A stretch of 64,000 nt of DNA from Tubiluchus corallicola (Eukaryota > Animalia > Priapulida), in assembly GCA_030141605.1 (NCBI GenBank), contig JAQGDQ010000986.1:1-64000 (forward strand), in the 5' to 3' direction. Positions 24,981-40,000 of this stretch are shown here, in pieces (position 1 is the first letter of the stretch; the number at the start of each line of letters is the position of its first letter). The position numbers and the translations under genes were made by a program. The notes under the pieces are model-generated. The model ran no database searches. It was not told the DNA's origin and saw only the letters and a list, made by a program, of their open reading frames with translations.

Positions 24981-27900
24981 TCATACTACATTTTCAGGAT
25001 TAGGAAAAAGAAGACCAGTTAAACCACCCCCTACCAAACTTATAGTCATCAGTATCATTGGTAAAAAACAGTTTTTGTCAATGAGATGTCCAAACGAAAT
25101 ATTTCCTAAGATTGCACCAGTGCGGCCGAATACCTGCGCAAGTCCAAATGCAGTTGCTTTAACAGGTGTGGGAAATATTTCCGAACCCAACACTTCTAAT
25201 GTATTCCATGACAAAACAGACATAGCAGCAAAAGCACAGGAAAGAATTAAATTTTGGAGAGAACTTGTCACAAACCAAATGAAAAATGTAATAATTGCAC
25301 ATGTTGTCATGGCAACACCCAACATCAGTCGTCTTTTTACCCTGTCCATAAGCAGAATAGACAATAAATTGCCAGGGATGTTTGCTAATGCAAGAAACAC
25401 TGTATTCAGATATACAGAACTGTTCGTAACAATTTCTGTGCAATTTTCGCTAGAGATTATCTTTGAGGTATGGTTTTTGAAAACTGCAGCACTGTTACAA
25501 ATGGTAGCATTTTTCCCTACATCTTCATCGTGTGCATAAAGTCTTTTAAATAATTCGGGAAACCACATCCACAAACCGTAGAAAGAAAATGCTAATGTAA
25601 AATTAACGGTGATCCACACAAAAGTGAATCGGCAGAGAGACGGATGAAAAAGCTCCTTTGCTTTAGGCGCACATGCGCAAATTATGGAATATTTACTTTT
25701 TAGCTCTCTTCTTGAACCCTTAGGATTAGGGCAGAAATCACTGCAGCACATCAACTCTATCTTGTCGAAATGAACGTAATTTTTGGTGTTTGCCTTTTTA
25801 TTGAAATTGTATATCTTTTCTAAAGTTTCCATGCACAGTTTATCCTTTCCTCTCTCGTGAAAATATTTCGGGCTTTCGGGCAAACACCAAACCGGCATAA
25901 CTGCCGTAAAAGCGGGAACTGTACACAGCAAAGTAAAAATTCTCCAACTGGTAAACGAAAAAACTGGACTGACAAAGTTCAACTGCTTTCGGGGAATCAC
26001 CGCCCAACCTACAACAGCAACTAGTATGTTTCCAATAACCCAGAAGGTAGCCAGATAGCTGAGCATCCGCCCTCTGGCTTTCTTTGGCTGAAATTCGGCA
26101 TAATAAGACCAGACTACTGGAAAATTGCCACCAACACCGAACCCGCTGAGCACACGTAGAATAAAAAATAGCCAGTAAGACTGAGCGAAACTTGACAGGG
26201 CACCAAACGTGCCATTGATGAATAAAGAGAGAATGAGCACTCTGCGACGTCCGGTCACATCCGCCAAGGTGGCCATTGGATAACCTCCTGCCATCATACC
26301 TGCGCAATCAAAACAAACATTTATCAGCCGAGAGGTATATATCGGTGTATAATAGATCAAATACGTTAATTATTGCCTTAGATCAACGGTGTAGCAACAA
26401 CTGTAGTGATACAACTGGTGTAGCAATAGAAATAACTTTATATTTGAAAAATAATGATGATGCCACAACATCCATTTACTTTATTTTTCATTTTAAAATG
26501 GCAACTCCAACAACAATAATACAATATATAACAAAACACAGTATAACATGATATGATATGATATAGCATGATACACACAGGATTTCATAATTATAGTAAT
26601 ATTTTAATAAAATGATTATGGTATGTGATCTACATAATAATAATATATAATAATGATAATAATAATAATAACAACAACAACAACAACAACAATAATAATA
26701 ATAATAATAATGCTGGATGCATTATTATAGGCATAGTCAGGAAACATTGGTAGTGCGACTATAATGCAACTAATGGTGCAGGTACTACGATGCAAAAAGG
26801 GAAGGTAAAAAAACAATGGAATGATAGGTGGAAGGCCCAAGAGATCGGAATTAGCAGGGTTAGGTTAGGGAAATGATGTTAATGAAAATGAATATGAGAT
26901 TGCTATTTAGAACTTTGCAAAAATATGTACACATTTATTTATATATGTTTACTGTGGGCCAGTCTGCTGTGCATTGGGAATGGTGCACTATTTACATGTA
27001 AGAAGGGATAGATGACTTGCCAACTTTAGAACACATTCTTTTTTCACTTCAGCGTAGTGCAATTAAGTCATTGTCTAGCCCTAGCACTCAAAGTCAGGCC
27101 TGGGCCACTTCTTTCTTTGATGACTACATGTGGATGGACCAGAACTCGGTTACCTCATTATCCAGGACATTCCAACATGAATTTCTGAATTGTTAGCGCT
27201 GCCTTAATTAGTTGCAACTTTCCCAGCAAACTAATTTGCTAGTCAGGCACAGTGTTCCTTAACTTTGATTAGGAAAAATTTTACCAGGATAATGCAAAGC
27301 CTAAGACCACGAATACATTTACCTTAGGTCTTAGGAAAAGAAAGGACAATTGTTATGTGTGAATTGACATTATCATTAAATAATATATAATTAATATTGT
27401 AGTTGTAAAACAGAACCAGTGTGCAGTTTTTGTCAAAAGCACTTGTTTACTTTATTATTCAAATAGCGTAAGAAAGTAATTATAATCCAAGCAGCACGAC
27501 AATATTGTACCAATGTTGTCACAATGTATTTGCAAATATGGATACCAGATGCAAATGTGGACTTGCTACAATAGCGTACCAATATTTTTTATCAATAAGT
27601 GAAAACCATGTGTTTCCAAAATTGGACGATAATACTGGTCCAATGTTGTACCAATGTTAAATAAAAAATATCCTATGCTGACCAAAAATGTGACAATATT
27701 TTCTAAACATATTTTTGTGAATATCCTGGACAAGATCGTGACCACATGGTGGCAATGTTGTGTGCCGCCTGAGAATTTAGTTACCAATGAAGGTGCTTGC
27801 ACCTAACCATCCTTTGTTAGCGGAAGTTAAGCCAAGTTCACATTCAGCTGCTGGAAGCATGAAAGACACGCAAAGTACCTAAAAATGTAAATCATATGAC

Positions 27901-28008
27901 TTTGTTATAATTAAAGCATGATAACGAGTTAACTGACTGCCAATACTTTCATAAAGCAAGTGCTGACATTCACACGCTTTATGGAGGCCACCTGCATTAT
28001 TGATTCTG

Positions 28009-28065
<57 letters not shown>

Positions 28066-28793
28066 CATATAAAGAATATACTGAACATACAGATTTTTTT
28101 AATTTTAACTCACAGTTACCTTAGTTACTACGTCCAGATATCATTCAGAAAAGTTTGCCTAGTCAAGTTAGCCTGCTAAAACCACTTTTGCAGTTAATCA
28201 TAAATTAATGGTTAATTTTTCAAGTTAATGGCAAATACTATAATGGTGAAAAAATTTCAAAATGGCAAGTTATTTACACATATACGTATCAGTTAGTTAT
28301 ACGTCACAAAAACTGTTTTAAAAACTTGTTATGCACAATTTGAGACCTCATGAGGCAAGACTCAGCAGAGTAAATCAAAAGAACTGATGCGTCTACTCTG
28401 CTTAGTTTTAGGTTCGATTATTACTAGTAACGATTTTCATTATTAAATAGACAGATACATGAGATTTTCTGTAGTGTTAGACAACTAAATTAATAAAGCA
28501 AGTTATTTTGTGGATAAATGAAGAAAATGATCTGCAATTAGTCTAAATTAGTATTTTTGAATTTTTTACTCTGATTTTACCTCAACAGCATCACAAACAT
28601 TTGACCAGCCGAGGCCTAATAACAACAGCCAATGGAATTTTCCTACTCCGACTAAGTCAAGGATTTCATCGTACGTTTTCTTGTGTTTTAACGTGACACT
28701 GCTCGTTTCATAAGTCTCGTATTCTGTATCCATATATCCTGCATCCTTACTGCCATATCCAGCAAGCGGTAATAGTTCTTCAGAAAGCACCAT
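24981..28793 (-). CDS. SV2-like MFS transporter, paralog B (541 aa)
   Basis: Exons 28793-28581, 27878-27785, 26299-24981; the first two coding exons have the same sizes (213, 94 nt) and phases as paralog A; same MFS/SV2 motifs. Confidence 0.9.
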
Positions 28794-29599
28794 TTAATTT
28801 TTTTAGTAGCCTCTATTTTTTCGCACCCAGTAACGATTTCCAATCTGTGTACTAAGCAGAACGAAAAGTAAATAACCAAGACGACAAGAAATTCGCAAAA
28901 ACCACGCAAAACTTTCAAACGGGTTTTGCTATTTCTCATTCGTGGTAGAGACTACTAGTCTTCATACAGAGAAATAATGTCTCTGCGTATGCAAAATACC
29001 GGGTGCCTAATCTATTCTATAATTTGTTTATCTAAGAACTAGATGAGCTCAAATAACTCATCGAGTCATCAGTTTCTGACAACCGCAGAAATGTGGGTAG
29101 TCGTAAACAATTGATACTTTCAAGGATTTGTCAAGAAACATCGTTGAACATGAACGTACTTTTAGGTCGTTATTTTGCGGTGCTTAGGAAGATTGTCAGG
29201 CTACTACTGATCATTTTCTACAGGTCGCCAGGTAACATGGCTACAATTAAAAAAAAATTGTTAGAAGTGGTGCTGATAAGACCGAGCTTATAATTGTAAT
29301 GTTACTGACAGCACCATAGTTTTGCAAGTAACCACTAAACCTGCTGCGTAGTTTGTAGATACCAACTAGCTACATCATGCAAGATTTTGTCTATTTTAAG
29401 CAAGACATAGAATTTTACTCATTTTTAGTATTTAGCAAAAAATGATATGATAAGGATGCACTTCTTAGGGCACATAAATCTTTGTAAGGCCAATCGTTGA
29501 CTAATGTTCCCCAGTATGGTACGTGTCCACATTAACCGCGTGACATCGTAGACAAAGATATTTTACACTTTGTCTTATTAGATGTAGCATGACTCATAC

Positions 29600-29845
29600 A
29601 CCGATATACCAAAAGTTGTAAATTTAAAGTCATTAGAAGGAAGACGAAATGATCTGTGTATGTGTTATAAAATCACTCTCATAAAGATGTAGGTTTAAGT
29701 GTTGGAAAGTTTTTTATTAGAACGCAATCTGATTGTACGCTGAGTAACCTTTCGTTGAAACTTTCTGTATAAAGAACAGATAAAGAGCACTTTGGACATT
29801 TTTTTTAAACTGTATTATTCACATGTGGAATTCTTTTTCAAATCT
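29600..29845 (+). mobile_element. Decayed CR1/L2 LINE 3' remnant
   Basis: Translates NLKSLEGRRNDLCMCYKI and later IIHMWNS, typical of CR1/L2 ORF2 ends. Confidence 0.5.
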
Positions 29846-30399
29846 GTGACTGGTTCTTTGCATATAGAGAGCCACAAATATTATAATGTAAAAGCTTGTG
29901 TCTAGTTGATCTTTATAATTTTCTGAAATATGAAGTGCACATGTGAGCATTGGTTTTTATAAAATATGTCCAATATAGTCCAGTATAGTCCACATAGTCC
30001 AATATATTTAGCATTGGTTTTTAGAAAATATGAAAAATCAACATTGGACCAAATTTTTGGGTCATTCTACTTTGACGTATTTTAACATAGTTTTAACACT
30101 GTCAACTTATGGACGGTTTTGGTTTGCAAGCACACATATAAGAAAAAAACATTACAAGAAAACAAATTACTGTGCCACCATGCTCATAGTTTAAGTCATT
30201 AAGTTTTATGAACTAAAATTTGAAATTTTACAATAATATAAGCATGCAACTGTATTTTTGAATAGTCTGAATCAAAATCAGACGTTGTATCAGAATTGAA
30301 ACTTTTTATTTTTAGTGTAATCAGCATCAGAATTGTCATTTATGTCCTTCCATCACTAGTTTTTCAGTTCTAAGTGTGCCTTTTTAATTTTAGGTGAAG

Positions 30400-33300
30400 A
30401 TGTCGGTTATTGCTTGCTTGGCTATCTTTGCATTCCTGTTGTATGTTATTAGTCGATTGCTCAGTCATCACCGTGTACCGGCGATTCCGTCCATGTTTCA
30501 TGGCGATTCAGAGTTTGTGAGGAAAACATTAGAACAATGTCCTATTTTATACAAAGTGTAAGTATTTTCTCTGTTATGATCAAGTAAGTTAATTTTGTTT
30601 AATGAGATCAACCATTTTTGTATGTTGTACATTTAATTCTGCCTTTGGGTATGTTTTCCATCATGTTTACCTGTTTCCATTGCAAATGTTCAGCAGGCCC
30701 GTTTTATACATTGCCAAATTTACAAGTGTGACGGGAACACAAAAGAATTTCCTTCATAGCATATGGTGTTCCCAGAAATCTTTATTTCTGTATATATAAA
30801 AAGTGAAAATAATAAATCTGACTGCTTTCACTGCTTACAAATGTATAAAGACCTAATTATTATAATTTAAGACAATAATTGTAAATATTACTCACATCGT
30901 GCGACTATAACAACTTAATACATCCTTGGAACGTCATACTGGTTTACAGCAAATCAGCTAGAGACGCTACAAATAATTACTTGAAAATTTATGTAAACAT
31001 TATTTAACGTTTGCTGAGGCTTCTCTAAGCGTGTTTAGTGAGGCTCAACCTAATTTACAACTTCACAGGTAAAATTACAGGTAAGTTCACACAGGTGCTG
31101 CCACCTACATGTTAAGGCCAGAAACTTACCTTAACAACAAGTGTAATTTAAAATTGAGACAAGAACAAGTTGACCTAGAAGACAAACACAGGAGAAATTT
31201 AAATTGTTTCAGAAGACAAATTTGCTTAGAACTGTTGCTATTAGTCTATACAGAATGGTGCAACTGCTTGAAAAGGAGTTACAGCAAGAATTTAGTTACT
31301 GATTTGCTTTAATTGTCATGGAAGGATATAATCTATTGTTTAACTTACAAGGTTAGCTGTTGCATGATGGGATGTAGATGCGTGGATTAAAGGAAAAACC
31401 AACGATAGACAGAGCTTTGCATAGCGATGCTTCTGCAGTTCACTTAGAAATTCCTTTATTCTAGCTGATTTGTGTGAAAACTCATCGGATCAATTTGCGA
31501 TAACTTTAATGTGCTTACATTGCTTTAAATCCGCGGGATTAAACCTCAGAATGCATAAGTATTCTGCAAGGCTTTGAACAAACAGAATGTGATAGGAGTA
31601 AAATAATTGGTATAGATGTTACGTTAGAGTTTGTTTATTATAATGGTTAAAGCTGCTTGCTGATTATTGTTGTTTATTGTGAGGTAACCACGATGGGCAT
31701 GGCAAACTATCAAGACTTTATTTAATAAACTAAACATTTATTAAATATCCAGCAATAGTCTAATCTTGCATCATCAAGCATTTAATCTTGAATTATTAAT
31801 TTAATAATTTAATCACCAATTTAATCAAAATGACTATTTAACACAGCTTTCCTTTACTACAGGCGGTGTACTTAGCCTATAGACTACAGTTTTAACTTGT
31901 TTAAATAATTATTCCGTTACTTTGTTGGCGTTAGCTAGCTGAGTTGGAGATTATAATATTAACGTCAGTGTTCTTCATTACATAGTGGGCTAAGTGATTT
32001 ATCAAAAAGCACAGATAGCATTAATAATCTCTCATTTAACATTTTAGATTGTTTGTAGTTGATAATAGTAACTGTAGCTGCAAAAGACGTATGCATCAGC
32101 AGCTGGCCGGGATAAGTGCCTATACTGCACGGTAACCAAATGACACCATTTTTTGTTCAAAATGAGCGCACCAAAGCTCGAAGTGATGACGAGTTTAAAT
32201 TTTTTAATCACAATTATCACGAGGCACTTATCACAATTTTTATTGCTGAAATTTTCTAACATTTTTCCCACACAATAATATGGGTTCCACTTCCCGAGAA
32301 ATCTGGCTTTTGCTTTAAAGGAAAACAGGATGGTTTTTCATATACTACCCCATTTTCAACTATGATACAAAGTATATATTTTAACACCAATAAAACTATA
32401 AAAGCATTTCTGATAATTAAATAATAGATTAATATCTTAATTAATGAGAGGTTACTCCAACTAGTGATAACATCACAAACTAACATAATTTTCAAAATCA
32501 AAAACATTTCACGAGCATGTTGCACGTGTTTGCAAAAAGCAAAAATTGAAGTATAGCTCTACTGTAAGATATTCAGTGTGTTGTAATAGAATTTCTGCAA
32601 GTTTTAAGATACAAATTCAGATTTCAAATTTTCCGCAGTACTCACGCCTAAGCTGTCGAACACGCGCAGTTTGTCACATACTAACACGTCTGGACTGAGA
32701 GGTACAGCACCTGTTTTTTTGTACATCACATTTCTGAAATGCAGGTGCTAGTGCCCGTGTAGCTGTCAAATGGCGAAATGCATGTAACAGTGAAAAAGTA
32801 GTGGCACGAACGCGAAATTGTGTTTGTGTGGTAGTAATTTTTTCACGTAAGTCATTTTTGAAAAAAATAGTTTGTTTTCTTTCAATGTTTTAAAGAGAAA
32901 ATCGTTTTGACCTAAAGATTAAAATTGGGTCCGGTTTTGCTTTAACATTCAGTTAAATACATATATGTGCAAATGTAAAATGCAATTATTAAATTACTGA
33001 ACAAACTTTTTACTGACAGTTGACTTACATCCGTGAATTGTTAATAAATTAATATTTTTTGTAGCTATGACCCTCCTTCCACATGGGGACGAAGTGGACA
33101 TTTACAGACTTTCGTATACAGTGTCCTCGGTCGTGTGAAGTCTCCGTTTCCCAGAGGGGAGCGGCGGAGTATACAAATGACAGATGGCGCCACTTTAACA
33201 TTTGATGTCTTTCCAGCCCTTGCGAAGCACAGATGTGAGGGTGGGTGTTTCGTATCTAAACTTTATTAATTTTGTTTCTCTATCATAACGTATGTATGAA

Positions 33301-36300
33301 TCATTGGTTTCATGCTAGTGGCGTAGCTAGAGTTTGTGTTGTCCTGGCGGCACCTGAGTTTCCGCCTCTTCTCCCCCCGTGAAATATACAAGTTAGGAAC
33401 TCAGTTTCAGAATTTAGATTACATCGTAAAGTTTGGAGGTGTGGCATTACTTCGTGATAAGCAGGGATGAGAATTTTCCGCGGATACGCGGAATTCCGAG
33501 TTTTTGGAATACCAGTAGTGCCATTTTTGTAAATCGCGTAAATTCGTTGAGAAAATTTTTACGGACCCAATACATTATTTCACAAACTGACCGCTAGTTG
33601 GCAGGCCGTCACTTTGTTTACATCACGTATATCAGTGTAACCACGTGTATATCTCTATGTATAAAAATATAGAATCAATTTGAGTCAATTACAGACAGTT
33701 TTTATATACTTTTGCATAGGAGCGGCCAGTACTTAGGTGTTTTTGAGACAATTAGGTATCATGTATCCTTGATAGTTGGGTATTTTAAATTATGCATGAA
33801 ACAAGGTAATTGACATTTTAAGTCCACCTAGAGGCTCTCTACGGTCACAAAAATGCAATTTGTTGCTGGCTCCAAGGGGGCTTGCCCCCTTGAATATTCT
33901 TGGGGGCTTTGCCCCTCAACCACATTGGGGGCCTAGGTGGCCCCAAAACCCCTGGCCTGTTTCAGAGTTTTTTTACATTTGTCATTCTCATCCCTGAATG
34001 TGGAGATAAATGGAAATATTATAAAGCAATTTCTTTATAAAGCAATAAATTCTCCCAGTTAAAGAAGTTAATGTGAGACAGCAGTTTGTAGTGAATAATA
34101 TAAATGTTTTGCACACCTTCAACTTCAATAGTTGCTTGCTTCAATGCCTTTTCTATAGCTGCATAAAATGACTCTTTATTCGAAACTCATAACAAAAGAT
34201 TGCTTTAGATACATTTCTATGTAGCCACATTGAAGGCATTTTGAACTCTTTTGTGTTTTCACAATTCAACGAAAGAAAAATCATTTGAAAATATTAATTT
34301 AATACAAACAATTGAGAAATATTAATATTATATAATACAGGCAATATAGATAACTAAAAGAAAGTGAAATTATTGCGAAATTCTTATTCAATAGAGACAA
34401 TATAAAAAGTGTAAAGAAAATTCATTTTGAAAATTATTATTTAATACAAACAATACAGAAAATTAACTAAAAATTTATTCAAGCTGGAGAGCAAAACGGT
34501 AACCATAGCAACTGAAGAAGCTGTAAACAAGCAGCAAACACGTCAGTTTTGTGCAAACTTCTAGCGACACAAGTTTCCTCGTTACATTCGGGTTATTTTC
34601 ATCAAGAGAATCTGAGAAAAGAAAGTGTAATTACTTATAAAGTTACAACTAAGAACTGTAAGAAGGTAGTAAAAATGTGTTTTTATTGCAAAATTTGAAG
34701 ATGAACTAAATACAGGACATTTGGGTGTCCCTGAAAGGTCAATAAGGGATAGGGAACAAAATTATCAAATATGGCTATATTTGCCTGGCATCCCTAATCA
34801 AAACCCCATTTTCTTTAAGAGACTATGTCCTGCACACTGGCTTTGTTCAAAATGAACTAGACCTATTTTGTCACACATCGTATATACTGCTGTATACAAT
34901 GTAGCAAAATTTTCGATTCTAGTTTCGAAATGTTGCACTTCCGATCTCATTTACATTTTACTAAATTTCTCGCAGGTGATTACACTGTGATATGTGTGCC
35001 AGGTCTTGGAAATTCCAGTGAGAGCATTTACATAAGAACGTTCGTCAATTTTATGCAGAACTCGGGGTATCGTGTGGCTGTTCTTAATCACTTAGGAGCC
35101 TTGAAGACGGAAAAAATAACTGCTCCGCGATTGTTCACTTACGGTAAGTCACCAAATGCTGTAACTGCTCCGCGATTGTTCACTTACGGTAAGTCACCAA
35201 ATGCTGTAAATTTATCCTTATTAACTATTGGAATTTGGCACGTGGGAAATTTTAATTCAAACTAAATCCTCACTATAATATAAGCTTTTACAACCTAAAA
35301 TCCTACTCTCATTATGAATATTCAATTTATTTTATTATAAACTCCGTAAAACTTGCTTCTTTTGATTTTTTATTGCTTCGTTGTTAGTGATAATAAATTT
35401 GAAGAACCTCCATTTTTCGGTGCTCGAGACAAATGCTGTAATGAGTACAGTCACGAGGTCACCGAATATCGGTTAACAAACATTGGTAAACAAAGACCCT
35501 TTCTGTACCTCGTACGTCATTCTCTCTCACTCGTACCAAAGACATGGCGATTTTTACAGCAACGTGTGCGTTTGAAATTTGCCAGAAAAAGGTAAGTTAT
35601 TTAATTTATAAGTCTCTTTGTTTAATAATACCTGTTAATTATTTGTATAATCATAATAATGTGTCAAAAAACTTCATGTTTGTTGGGTTATACAGGCCTT
35701 TAAGAGTTTGTAATGCAGTGTCTGATTAAATACTAAACTTCATGATTGCTTTCTTAAAAAGAACTTCTGACCACAGTTGTATCAGAGGCTTGTCAGTTCT
35801 AAGTGTTCTGGTAAAGCGAAACGTACTTACTGTATATAATGATTTTAAGAGTAAGGCTGTCGCACGGGTATTGTAAGATGAATTTACTGTGCTCCATTCT
35901 ATTCTTCATTGTAACTGCTTCATTTTGGAATTCTATAAATACAGGAGGTACAGAAGAGCTTCGCAAGATGATCCAGACCGTCATGGCCCTATTTCCGGGA
36001 ACCGTTCTCCTGGGTGTAGGATTCAGTATGGGTGCCAATATCCTCTGCAAGTACCTAGGAGAAAATGATAAACTTGCAAAAAGGTTTTTGTGTGCCATGT
36101 CCATATGCCAAGGATATGATGCTGTCAAGTATGTGTAACCATAGCAACAGTGTATTTGGTACTTACAATAGCTTCTAGTTTTAACGGAAAACAGGATGAT
36201 TTTTCATAGTACATCCCATTTTGAAATCCTTTAAAGGATGATTTTTCATAGTACATCCCATTTTGAAATCGGGTAAAAAGTATACATTTTAATGCCTATA

Positions 36301-37003
36301 ATTATGTCAAAGCATTTTCGATCATTGCATTATGGGTTAAAACTATAATTAATGGCTGGTGAGCCCAGCTAGTGACAACAGTACAGCTGACCATAATTTT
36401 CAACAGCACAAACATTCCACGAGTGTGTACACGTGTTTGCGAAAGCGAAAATTGAAGTATCGTGCTACTGTACAACTTTCAATGTGATTTACAAAAACCT
36501 GCAAATTTAAGTTTAAAATTCAAATTTCAAGTTTACCATGCTCACGCATTTGCTCTCGAAAGTGTGCACTACATCACAACTGAACAGAGAGGTACTTCGC
36601 CTGTTTTTGTGTAATGAATTTTCTGAGTTGTATGCACTAATGCCCGTCTAACTAGCGAATGTCAAAAGGCACGAGCAGCAAAGAACTAATCACGTGAACA
36701 TGAAGATTGTCTTGAGCTATAGTTTAAGATGTGGTGCTGGTTTCCTTTAATAACCATCATACAAGATTTCTGAATTCGTAAGCGTACCTTTTTTAAATGT
36801 TAACACGATGAATCAACTTAACATTTTGGCAGAAACCTTGCTCAAAATGTGAACATTTCTTTAGAAACCTTACTCAAAATGTGAACATTTCTTTACTAAT
36901 TAAATTCTATGATTTTTGCATATAGTTGGTTGTATATTTATGCATATATATATAAATATTATATTATATTATATTATATTATATATATTATATTATTATA
37001 TAT

Positions 37004-37043
<40 letters not shown>

Positions 37044-40000
37044 TAAATACTGTACCAGCGACTTTTGAATTGTAAAAGATGCATCTATTTATCTTCCAAA
37101 AACATTTCATTAAAGATTATAGTTTTTCTTAAAAACTTGCGAAACTGAATACCAAGGTTCCCGCGACTCAGTTTTTACAATTATAAACGATGCCTGCTAA
37201 GTGAAAACTTCAGAAATTTAACCCTTTCACTACAGAAGGCGGCACACGGCTGCCCAAGCTCAGCACTAAATGCAGTCACCCAGGTCTGTCCATTTCACTG
37301 CTACAGCCATGCAAAACATTGTAGAAAAGTTTAACAGCCCTGGGATTGAGATTGCTTTGCAATGAGTAACGCTAACCAGCCAATCAGCGTCTGAAGCCAA
37401 GTGCATTCCATAATACTGTACTGCATGGTATGTTCCCATGCAAAATCACTTACCGATCGTTGACGAAACGTATGTTTAGTTTATTGTGCTACATTGCCAT
37501 AAATTGATTGCATGTTATGGATGAGTATTGTGCCTTTTGTGATAACTGGTTTCTAAATACAAGTACATGCTTATATATGATGGTGTGTCTGTGCGAGAGA
37601 GTGCGTGTATGTGTGTTCATGTGTGGAAATAAAACTAATATTCAATATTAGTACTCAATAAAGAATAACTATTTCTTTATTTACAAGATTCTGTTTTAGT
37701 AACACACCACAAGAAGTTATTGCGAAATGTGCAAAAGTCAATGTGGCCCAGTTAAAAAGCAACTACGTAGTGAAAGGTTTAAAGAACTATAAAGCACAAT
37801 TATTTCCTGAACTGAAATTTCTTCCATATTTGGTGAATTTCATTCAGGTACAGTTGCCTACATTAGAAACATTAATTAACTACCTTAGGTAATTGAAAGT
37901 AATACTCTTCAAATTGCACATTTTCAGAGCGGTGGGATTGCTGATGCGGTGGGAAAACCTGCGACGCGGTTACATATGGGCCATGACGGAAAACATGAAG
38001 AAGATCCTTCGCCGTCATGAGGACGTGATGAACAGCGAAGAGGCTAGACAGCGGTGTCCGTCTATAGACATTTCACACGCCTTAGCTTCAACTTCACTTG
38101 TGAGCTTTGATGAACATTTCACCAGGTGAGTTTAGTACAACAGTAATGCCAGCATGCAGCCCGGCCGCATAATTAATGCCTGTAAGTTTGAAACGGATTC
38201 GTATAAAAGGTTGTGAATAAAATTAAGACATACGATAATTGTTATTAACTGTTATTATTATCATGACTGCAGTAATAATGATCTTTTTTTTCAATAGACT
38301 TAACCTTATTTCTTTGATATGTTGCGATATCAGTGAGTTTTAAATTCAAGCAGTGAAGTCGTACGCAGTTTTATTCCTAATACTGACATCATTTTAACTT
38401 CAAATATTTTTGCACATTGTGAACATGTGTTTCAAACTTGCTTCAAATGACCTGTCGTCAAAATGGCTGCATCTAACGGTCATCGCGGGATTTAAATTTT
38501 CATGTTCTATACAGTGTTACTGCCGATTGAACTCCTGTATGTAAAAGGCAGAATGTAAGTGATATAAAATTTCAAGTCAAATTTTTGAAGCTTTGTGTTT
38601 CTGACGGGTTTTCTTGTGCTTTAATCGTCACTGTGGGAGTTTAAATATGCAAGTTTTCTACAGCGTTACTGCTAATACAAGCTTTGTTTATTTACAGAAT
38701 GATAGACTGATTTGTTTAATACAGATTTTGCAAAAACGTTTCAACATTTGATATTGAAAACCATTTCAGTGCAGAGCCCACAAAGTGCTATTTAGTAATT
38801 GTAAAAATCTATCCTGCAATACACTTTGTCACATTTTAGACACTCTGTGTCAGTGGTTCCCAGACGGCGAGCCCTTTCAAGAACCCTACATCATATCGCG
38901 ACCCCACGAGGAACATAATCACATGTTATACTATTAAACATACTATACTATTCAACAAATTATTGAAAAATAAGTGATTGTTTCACTAATTATTAATATG
39001 ATGGTTGCACTTGTTTCTCAGCAACCAGTAATGCTACGGCAATAGGTATCCAATGTAAAACGAATAGCAACATGTTTTTGGGCAGTGTACACTGTACACA
39101 AGTGTACAGCATGGAACAACGTGCATTTTCATATTTACGAAAATCAAACACTGGTATGCCGCATTTAGAGTGGGAAAAACCCAATTTCACTTTCCAGAAC
39201 AAAATGATTTAATGAGAGACTGAGAAAACAAGACCTACTTACATACATTTTGTGAAAACAGCATTTTTTAAAAATAGTTTTTGGACTAGCCTACTACCAC
39301 GAAAAGTGCTTGGCGACCCCACTTGGGGTCGTGACCCCAAGATTGGTAACCCATGCTCTATGTCATTTCACCAGTTGTTGTTACAAGATGTGTACGAGTG
39401 TAAATTTTCATCTATTCTGTCTTGGTTTAAAGCAGCATCCTCACGTTTCTAAGCAACATTTTCAAGGCCGCTTTTACGTAAAGTTATGCATCAGCATCGA
39501 TATGAATCATTAAATTATATTGTTAATTTAATATCAAATTACAGCCTGTTTTTCCCATTTATGAGTTTAAATAACCTGCTTTTGTCATTTGTTTCTTTGA
39601 AGCATTGAAGCCTGTTTGCTATTCATTAATCAAGCTTTGAAATTTTCGTTCATTTTAATAAGAAATAACGATGTAATTATTATTATTCAATCTTTAAGCA
39701 TTGAAATTATTTCATTAATATTTGCTTATTATTTTTGATGAACAAAGTAAAAATTTACACTGGGTTATGAAAGTAAATGACTGAGTTAACCCATTTCTGT
39801 GATGATGATGGTATCGTTATGCTACTGTAGTTGTCACTGCTAGCTGTTAACCCTTATCCACACATTAAGCACAAATTAAAGACAAACTAAACCCTCACTT
39901 TATAAGCTTTCACAACCTAAAATGCTACTTTCATTACGAATATTCAATTTATTTTATTATAAACTTACTGTAAAACTTGTTTCTGGTACACTTTTCTTGG

